From the NCBI GenBank assembly GCA_043228905.1, contig JBHGNT010000789.1, forward strand, positions 1-15,616: a DNA stretch of 15,616 bases. Reading direction: 5' to 3'. The stretch is from Azolla caroliniana (taxonomy: Eukaryota; Plantae; Polypodiophyta). This document shows positions 1-7,228 of this stretch, piece by piece (position 1 is the first letter of the stretch; each line of letters begins with the position of its first letter). Under the pieces are notes generated by a model that saw only the letters and a program-made list of their open reading frames with translations, searched no databases and was not told the DNA's origin. A program made the translations under genes and the position numbers.

Positions 1-2669
1 AAAAGAAATTGGCACACCGCGGCACACGTTTTCCTCCGAAGCGCTCGACCTTCAACTTGGTTTGTGAGATCTTCTCGAGCTAACACCAAGTATTTCTTTT
101 GTCCAATCCCGGTCGGCATAGCTACAATGTCGACCATCCACTTGAAGTTAATTGTCGGTGAGAATGTCGGATGCAGCTCATCTCGGTGTCGGACCCCGGA
201 GTAGACTTGACATTTCTCGCAGCTTTCTGTGAACTCCGCGACATCTTTATACATGTTCTTCCACCAATATCTTTGCTTGATTTTCACAAAAGTTGCCCAT
301 GTTCCTCGATGTCCAGCCCAATCGGATTCGTGGAACTCGGACATTATCCGGTTTCGTTGCTCTTTCGTCCCGACTACTCGAAGTGGTATCCCATCCGGTC
401 TTTTCGGCGTCCTCCATATTAAACCGTTTTCCAAGAAGAACTTTTGGACTTGCCTCTTCTTCCTTCAGATCTCGGCTCTCCTTTCTTTATCATTGGTTGA
501 ATCCTCGACCTCTTGTAGCATCTTCCCGATCATCAAGGTTTCCCCCTCGTATTCTTCTTCCCGGAATTCTCGGATCACGTTCACTCGGCATATGTGTTCT
601 GACGTGAAGTAGTCTTCGGAAACTTCTTCATTATCTGATTCGGTTATGTCGTCTTCAAACCGCGCCCTCGATAACATGTCCGCTACCGCGTTGTCCTTCC
701 CCGAGATGTGTCGAACCTCCGGATTAAGTGACTTGACATATGCAATCCACCTTAGCATAGCCACATCCGGTATCGTACAACACCGCATCATCCCGAGTAT
801 CGGAAGACAATCCGTCTCGATCACCACTTCAGCTCCGATCAAATAATCCCGATCCGATTTTATCGCCGACACGACTCCCCACAATTCTCTTTTGACTTGT
901 GCATATCCGCGTTGCCTTTCGTTGAGGACCTTTGCTCCAAATCGGATCGGATACCGCGAACCATCCGAGTCGGCTTGATTGATGACCCACCCGATACCGG
1001 TTGGACTTGTATCAACCGTTACTATGATTGGCCGCTCGTAGCTTGGCTTCTTGAGTGCTTCCGCCCTCCATAGTGTCTTCTTGAGCTTCCTCATGGCTTT
1101 AGTGTGTTCCGGTTTCCACTCGAATTTCTTACCTTTCCGCAACAAGTGATAGAGCGGGTCCGCTATATGTGCATAGTGCGGAATCCATATGTGATAGAAT
1201 GCACACACACCCAGAAACCTTCGGACTTCCGATGTTGACTCACATACTTCCTTCATAGCTTGAATCGCATCGATCTTTGTTGGTGACGGTCTTCGGCCGT
1301 AGGGTCCACATAGATGTCCGACCACCAATATTTCTTCTTGCCCGAATGCCGATTTCTCCCCGGAAAGTGTTAGGTGCACATCTTCTAGCTTTCGCAACAC
1401 TTTCTCGCAATCATGAATATGGTCGACCACGAACTTTCGGCATCCCCGATCATCCATAGTCTCATCTTTTTCTTCCACCGCGCATCCTTTCATCGGAATG
1501 TCATCTAGAAACGGCATCGTTATCTCCGGGATGCAATCTCGAAGCACCTTGTTCATCGCGTTCATCATATGTGCAACCGAGTTTGTCACTCCTTGTGGTA
1601 GTGTGCACATTCGAACTAGTCCTATCGGTGTCCGCATGGTAGTGATGTCTCGGCTCTCCACGGCTAGTTGGAATTGGTCATACCCTGAGTATAGGTCCCT
1701 GATGGAGTATATCGCACGTCCGGCAAAAGCTTCCGCGAATTCGTCCACTATCGGACCGACTCCCGAGTTCCGGATCGTGACCTTGTTCACCGGTTGCAAG
1801 TCTTGGATGAATCGGAGTGACCCATTCTTCTTCGGAACCGTAAACCATCGATTTGAGTACGGAGCACTTGATGGCTCTAGAATCCCCATCGCCACCTTCT
1901 CCTTGAGCAAGTCGATGACTTTCGGAATATGCGCCCGCGGCACCGGAATCGGCTTCAGGTTCCACGGTACATGATCAATCGTGAAAATCACCATCGGCTC
2001 CACTATCTTTGGATCAATGCATCCGATCTCCCTCGATGTGAACGCGAATGCTTTGCCATGTTGCTCCAACATCTCTCGAAACCGTTTTTCTTCTTCTTGT
2101 AAGAGGAACCCACCTCCACCGATCCGAAGTTTCTTCCGGGTCTCATCTGTGAAGGCATGTCCGATATCCACGGACTTCCGAAGTGTCGGATCTCCCGAGA
2201 CTTCTTTCTTCTTTTGTTCGCTATCGGCGGGTAGTGGTCCCGCGGCCGGTTTCACCTTCTTCTCCACGGTCTTGTATTTTGTACTTACTATTGCTTCTTC
2301 TTTGCGGAGCGCATCCGGCCCCATTTTCGCAACGATCTCGTACATCTCGACCGATTCCACCGGGACTACCCGGTTCCCTTGGCTTTTATCTTCCGCAAGC
2401 TCTTCAAGCCGTTGTAGTGTATTCCCATAGAACACTTCCTCGATCACTCCCACGATTTCTTCGTCTTCTTTTATTATTGATGCCGACCGTAACTTATCCT
2501 CCACTTGTCGGTATTGTTTCTTCATTCCTCCGGTTACGGCCGTGTACGTAGATGCCCCATCCGGGCCGATTCGTACTTGTTTTGCTCCGAGAGTTTTCTT
2601 CCTGTGTGGGGTATCAGGGCTTCTCGGACTATCACTTCCCCACTCCGCAACAGTCCACTTTAAAAATCC
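1..2669 (-). pseudogene. pol: pol (RT, RNase H, integrase N-terminus) with one in-frame TGA at 465-467
   Basis: RT motifs DLYSGYDQF, LPQG and PFLDD (1500-1511). RNase H motifs VDTS, RELWG, ETDC and NAVADMLSR. After the TGA the same frame continues with integrase H(ESDWAG)H...CEKC and WMVDIV to the window edge. Confidence 0.95.
2606..2669 (-). promoter_or_regulatory. Putative -1 programmed ribosomal frameshift signal
   Basis: G-GAT-TTT heptamer in gag phase directly before the TAA stop. It is followed by a 6-nt spacer and a 10-bp stem GGACUGUUGC/GUGAUAGUCC whose loop GUGGGG is complementary to downstream CCCCAC. The -1 frame is open into pol. Confidence 0.8.
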
Positions 2670-4699
2670 ATTCTCACTTGGGACAAGAGTTCCCTCTTGT
2701 TCCTTTCGTGATTTGCCGGCACCGTTAGGAATTGGACGGATTTCCCTCCGTTTTGGCTCCGAATTCGCGCAAAAGCCGCACCACTATCGAGCACCTTCGT
2801 CTCCATCCGTGAAGACGTGATAAAGGGTTGGCCGAGGATGACAGAATGTGAAACCTCATCCTGCACAAAGAAATTTTGGTCAATTTCGACATCCCCGATC
2901 TTCACCGTCACATCCGGACAAGCCGCAAATAGGTCTTCTGTCGTTTTCGTGGCTGCCCGAATCTTCCATCCATGGTTGGTGTTTATAGGCCACTTCCCCT
3001 TTCGGTAGAACTCCTTGGACATCAAGTTGATCTCCGATCCGTGATCAATCAATGCTAGCACGGGTTCTTTGATGTTGCCGATTCGGACCGGAGTCTCCGT
3101 AGTCGCACGTGCCCAGTGTGGCCTTGTATAGTGGGAGTTCGGAATTTCGCCTTCCACTTCGGTGTCGTTCATTGAAACGGTATTTGCATTCACCCTTGGA
3201 GCATTTTCCTCCGTACTTTGTCTCTTCCTTTTCACGAGATCCACGAGAAGATCGTGAAACTCCTTCTTCGCTATTCCGAGTAGTTCCCGCAGCGAAAAAT
3301 CTACCCGGCTATCCAAGATTCTTTCCTCGAACACTCTTTTCAAGTCGGTTTGTTGTTCTATGTCCGAGGCGAGCTTGAATGCCGGAGTCGCCTTTTCTTT
3401 TCCCTTACCTCCGGAGTTCCAGCTTTCCGGTATCTTCGATGGTCCGGCCGCATCCTCCGTGCGCCATCGTTTCTCGTCCACATACACCTCATGTAATTGA
3501 CACAGGGCGTATATGCTATTCTTGTCGACAGGGCACTCCCATCCCGTAGCTTCCCGGACGCCTTCCGCGGTGTTTCGGATATCGTTGGAGTCGGTTTTCT
3601 CGGTGTTTCCTAGCACCTCCGGCCAAAAAGACGCCTTCGCTCCCGATGACTCCCCGACACATATTCCCGCGGTTGTCGCATAGTTGCTTCTTGCCGCTAA
3701 CTCCTCCTCGAGCACCTTCTTCATGCCGCCTTTCCGGAAGTTCGGTCGGAGTGGCTTCCGAGAGTCCATCGAATGAATCCGGTTTCCCTCGTAGTAGATG
3801 AGATCCCGTCGTAGCGCCTCCTTATGGTCGTCGCTATCCCTCCGATCGTGTTCGGCGCTATCGCACCATATGCACCGTCGATCCGTATATTTGGAGCTTG
3901 TGGGGCGGTCATCCGACTTCTTCACCATCGCGATCTTTAGATTCTCCATCTCCTTCAGCAGTTGCTCCACCGTAGACGCGTCGACTCCCTTCTCGGCCGT
4001 AATCTCCCGAGCCCTCGGTTGATGGTCTTCCAGTCCCGTTCTCGGTTTCGGAATCGGTTCCGAAACCCTCTTTTCTTCGTTGGCAAGCCATTGCCCCCTC
4101 TTCGTGTACCGCGCGACGATATCCCGCACGCTTTCCCATGTTTCGGTGAGGCCGCTTTCGGTGGTCGTGTCCTCAAGAAGCACTCCGAGATCTTTCCGGT
4201 CCCGGACGTCCACAGCTTGCAAAAACATGATGACTTTGTCCGGTGCAAGAATAGTTTGATCTCTCGCGGACAACATCCCGAACCGACTTTCGAATGTCGA
4301 AAACACTTCGAGGACCTTCAGCCCCTTACCTGACGTTTCCACCCAATCCTCGAATCCCCTCCGCGTTGCCTTGGAGGAGTCCTCGATGGCAAACGTGGTC
4401 TTTAACGCCTCTTCGAATGCTTCCCACGTCGGATTTTGTTGTTGCAACCCGTGGATACCCCCTTGAAGCCCGTCGGTTGCCACCCGGTTAAAGGATGTCA
4501 CTTGCAGTCCTTCCGAAGCCCGGCACCGGAGCATCTCCGCCTTGTAGTCCTGCAAATATCGCGACACATCCTTACCATTAAATTGCCCGTTGCGTTGCAC
4601 GAGCCGCTCTACTGATGCCGAAATCTCCGACATCGTGCGTTGTTCTTGAAGCATCCGTTCGAACATCGCCATCATATTGTTAGCTTGTTGAGCCTCCAT
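2660..4699 (-). CDS. gag: Gag + aspartic protease polyprotein (679 aa from ATG at 4699)
   Basis: First ATG after the PBS (MEAQQ...). Degenerate zinc knuckle CIWCDSAEHDRRDS (3833-3874, last Cys replaced by Ser). Retropepsin motifs LALIDHGSEINLM (DHG at 3038-3046) and VILGQPF. Confidence 0.92.
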   Translation of the reverse strand: MEAQQANNMMAMFERMLQEQRTMSEISASVERLVQRNGQFNGKDVSRYLQDYKAEMLRCRASEGLQVTSFNRVATDGLQGGIHGLQQQNPTWEAFEEALKTTFAIEDSSKATRRGFEDWVETSGKGLKVLEVFSTFESRFGMLSARDQTILAPDKVIMFLQAVDVRDRKDLGVLLEDTTTESGLTETWESVRDIVARYTKRGQWLANEEKRVSEPIPKPRTGLEDHQPRAREITAEKGVDASTVEQLLKEMENLKIAMVKKSDDRPTSSKYTDRRCIWCDSAEHDRRDSDDHKEALRRDLIYYEGNRIHSMDSRKPLRPNFRKGGMKKVLEEELAARSNYATTAGICVGESSGAKASFWPEVLGNTEKTDSNDIRNTAEGVREATGWECPVDKNSIYALCQLHEVYVDEKRWRTEDAAGPSKIPESWNSGGKGKEKATPAFKLASDIEQQTDLKRVFEERILDSRVDFSLRELLGIAKKEFHDLLVDLVKRKRQSTEENAPRVNANTVSMNDTEVEGEIPNSHYTRPHWARATTETPVRIGNIKEPVLALIDHGSEINLMSKEFYRKGKWPINTNHGWKIRAATKTTEDLFAACPDVTVKIGDVEIDQNFFVQDEVSHSVILGQPFITSSRMETKVLDSGAAFARIRSQNGGKSVQFLTVPANHERNKRELLSQVRMDF

Positions 4700-4715
4700 C
4701 TCCTTGCCACCCGTC

Positions 4716-4733
4716 TTCACGTCGGGTTCACCA
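4716..4733 (-). promoter_or_regulatory. Primer binding site complementary to the tRNA-Trp 3' end
   Basis: Minus strand TGGTGAACCCGACGTGAA. The plus strand TTCACGTCGGGTTCACCA matches the 3' 18 nt of plant cytosolic tRNA-Trp as I recall it. It lies right after the LTR end. Confidence 0.88.
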
Positions 4734-4994
4734 ACTGTGTCGTGCCTTTCGGCTCCGGATCGTTGCGTGAGTCGGGTGGGAACCACAGAGGTCTTGGACT
4801 AGGAGAAAGAAGTTCGTGAGATAGAGATTAATTATGAGTAAATAGCAAAGAGAAAGATAAGAAACTCGTGAATCACACGAGTATACTATATTAATTGGTA
4901 CTTAGGGTGTCAAGAGAGAAGTAGATGTATAAATCGTGAATCCCACGAATAATTTTTGTATTGATTAATACTTAATCCAAATAATCAACAACCC

Positions 4995-5024
4995 TTTATA
5001 TATTTCTCTCCTCCTTATATAAGG
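4995..5024 (-). promoter_or_regulatory. Candidate LTR TATA boxes
   Basis: TATATAAGG (within the palindrome CCTTATATAAGG, 5013-5024) and TATATAAA (4995-5002) on the element strand inside the LTR. Confidence 0.5.
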
Positions 5025-5276
5025 AAGGAAGAGCTAAGCATGGCTTCATGCTTTTTTTTTTACAAAAAGTGTTCATGTCCACTAAATGTGCATGTGATGC
5101 TTTTTTATTTCCTAAGTATAGGGCTCATGCACGCTAGATGTGCATGAGTTATTTTTAGTGTCTCGTGTTTTTTTTTTTCTTTTTCATATATTAAAAAAAT
5201 ACACGATTTACCTTTTAATAAAGGTATGCATAAATAAAGGTCTTATACGTATTAAATCTATATTTAAAACACTTAA

Positions 5277-5350
5277 GATAAGTTAATGTAATGGTAAGGT
5301 TGGGGTTTGTCAACGTGGAGGTGTAGAGTTCGAATCACGCCCTGCGTAGT
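5277..5350 (+). other. tRNA-like relic (Pol III A box/B box) inside the LTR, antisense to the element
   Basis: A-box-like TAATGTAATGG at 5284 and B box GTTCGAATC at 5328 are 44 nt apart, as in tRNA genes. Cloverleaf stems do not pair. Confidence 0.45.
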
Positions 5351-5395
5351 AGTGAGTATTTCCTTTCTTTTACATTTATGCCTTTTTATCCGGCT

Positions 5396-5500
5396 CTTCC
5401 TTGCCGGTATGCCGTTTTCTTCCTTGCCGGTATGCCGTTTTCCTCCTTGCCGGTTTCCTCCTTGCCGGTTTCCTCCTTGCCGGTATGCCGTTTTCTTCCG
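5396..5500. repeat. Short tandem repeats in LTR U3 (core CCTTGCCGGT, five copies, with or without ATGCCGTT)
   Basis: Repeated ccttgccggt with 15-nt and 23-nt spacings, read directly. Confidence 0.9.
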
Positions 5501-5579
5501 GTTCTCACCGAGCACTCCATTCTCTATCCGGAGGGACAAAAATATAATTTCCACATAGTGTGCAACCTACACTACGACA

Positions 5580-6896
5580 ACGTTTAAAGTCATACACTTC
5601 ATTCAAGTGATGTACTTCAGGCTTTGGTGTATATGCTTCACTTATCAATTTTGATAGCGTGGTAAGCGTGAAAGCATTACAACGAGCTAGTTTCTTTGAG
5701 AACCTACTAAACATTTGATCTATGTGATCATGGGTATGACCAACTAATAAGAAGTTGACCTTTATCTTTTTAAATATGCCCCTCTCTACTAGCATGCTTA
5801 GATAACCGAAGACAATTGAGTTTTTATTCTCTCTTGCTGTGTTGTCTAGTTGCACGTATAAAACTAGCGGTACTATGCCTGACCATGATTGCAATACTTT
5901 ATGCATGACAGTGACAGTGAGATTAGGGTCGTTGTGGATATTAGGATAAGTTAAGAATACTTGTAGCCTTATTGTTTGACAATATGTCAAACACCCTACT
6001 AGTTGCATTTGCATGAGGCACTCATCTGCAATATCTTTTGGGAGTCGTTGGAAATGCGGCAAACAAGTCTTCTTTTGATCCATGCCATCAATAATCATGC
6101 ACATATACTTTTCGGGAGATTGAAGTGCTTTTTGTCGGTGATGCATAGCCTTAGAATGTTCCAATGCTTGACTTTCACGATGTTCTTTTAATAGGTTCTT
6201 GTAATTCCTTATCTCTACATCTGATTTTCCACCCTTGGCCATACCTTTTAAACTTGCACATATTGAGCAGACTCCCATTCGTACCTTTCGTGGGATAACC
6301 ACATTGTTAAATTGTAACATGCACAATTGATTAAAATGTCTATACTTTATGTAAGGTGCATCATCTACTGACATGTCGTCCTTGTATGATTGGTAAACAT
6401 CCCTTCAAGTAAAGTTATCTAACAAATGTAGTCTTCCTGTCGTAGGCATAATGTCGCATTGTTTTGAAAAATATACTTCCATCCACCTAATTGTGTGTTG
6501 CCCAATTTGACCCTTACATCCAGAACCATTTCGATCCAACGGTATCAACGATCCCTTCAGAAGACGCTCTTGAACTCGTTGCAGCCGCATATTTCCAATG
6601 CTATGAGCGATTTTAAAAGTGGCTCGACAACACTTAGTATATAGTCCAAGGAAATATTCAACCTGCATAGGATTAGACCCTACGTTGTGATCCATTTTAA
6701 GCTGCATATGTGAAAGAAGAAATGTGCCATGCTCTTCCCCATTAAGCGACAAATAGAAAGCCTCACTTTTCTGTTTTTGACACATGCCTTTCGAATGTCT
6801 CTTGTAACCGTACTCTTCTATTGAGAAATACGAGTTGTTGGACAAAGAAAAGGGGGCAATAGAAAAAAAAGACGTTCTACTTGTTGAAGAAGACAT
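5580..6896 (-). pseudogene. DDD-type DNA transposase (Sola-like / DUF7869-like), with an in-frame stop and the 3' end cut by the LTR
   Basis: Motifs CSIC...H, IIDGMDQ, YVQLDNTARENKN and FLLVGHTHDHIDQMFS. ORFs 6405-6911 and 5505-6374 share a frame and are separated by one TGA (6405-6407; DNFT*RDVYQSY). The last 24 aa of the listed ORF derive from the LTR. The superfamily name is from motif recall. Confidence 0.8.
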
Positions 6897-7228
6897 TCTC
6901 AAAACTATCAAGACAAACCCTGTGGCACTACCATCAAAGGGCTATATCCCGAACTCCTCTATAGAAAATATTAAGGAACGTTGAATCTTTACTATATAAC
7001 TATTAGAACTAGACATGAGTTATTGGTTACACTATAACACTTTTTAGGAAAAGAAATTTCAAAAAAGATTAATTAAAAATTAGTTATTTAAAAAAAAAAC
7101 ATTTAGATATAATGAAGTTTCAAATTTCATTTTCATTATCGCGACAAAGAATCCATCGAGCTCAGAGCACAGACTAATTTCAAGCACTCCGAAGCACTAC
7201 CTCCGAAGCACTACCTCCACCAGGCATC

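Larger units (their letters stand above)
1..5579 (-). mobile_element. Ty3/Gypsy LTR retrotransposon, 5' portion (LTR-PBS-gag-PR-RT-RH-INT); runs off the left edge
   Basis: Domain order PR-RT-RNaseH-integrase is the Ty3/Gypsy order. LTR has TGTCGT...ACGACA ends, followed by a PBS and gag. It interrupts a transposase ORF exactly at 5579/5580. Confidence 0.97.
4738..5579 (-). repeat. 5' LTR (842 bp)
   Basis: Minus strand starts TGTCGTAG (5579) and ends GCACGACA (4738), a 6-bp perfect terminal inverted repeat. The PBS starts after a 4-nt spacer, and transposase-like sequence stops at the other end. The partner LTR is outside the window. Candidate TSD is ACGTT (5580-5584). Confidence 0.88.

Noticed and set aside
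465-467. Programmed stop readthrough between RNase H and integrase
   Set aside because: There is no recognised readthrough context, and a single CGA-to-TGA mutation explains it more simply.
171-4491. Numerous plus-strand and alternative-frame ORFs over gag/pol
   Set aside because: They are shadow ORFs of GC-rich coding sequence with no recognisable motifs.
4700-4786. GTG start of gag given by the ORF track
   Set aside because: It lies within the LTR and spans the PBS; the ATG at 4699 is the more plausible start.
5277-5350. Functional tRNA-Asp gene
   Set aside because: Acceptor, anticodon and T stems do not pair; it is kept only as a tRNA-like relic.
5287-5579. Short 293-bp LTR ending ...CATTACA
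   Set aside because: No PBS follows it; the 4738 end has a perfect 6-bp inverted terminus and an adjacent tRNA-Trp PBS.
5273-5587. ORFs with RQGGN or CRFPP repeats
   Set aside because: They are translations of the LTR tandem repeats.
7183-7218. 14-bp tandem duplication CTCCGAAGCACTAC upstream of the putative ATG
   Set aside because: About 2.5 copies only, consistent with ordinary slippage and with no evidence of function.
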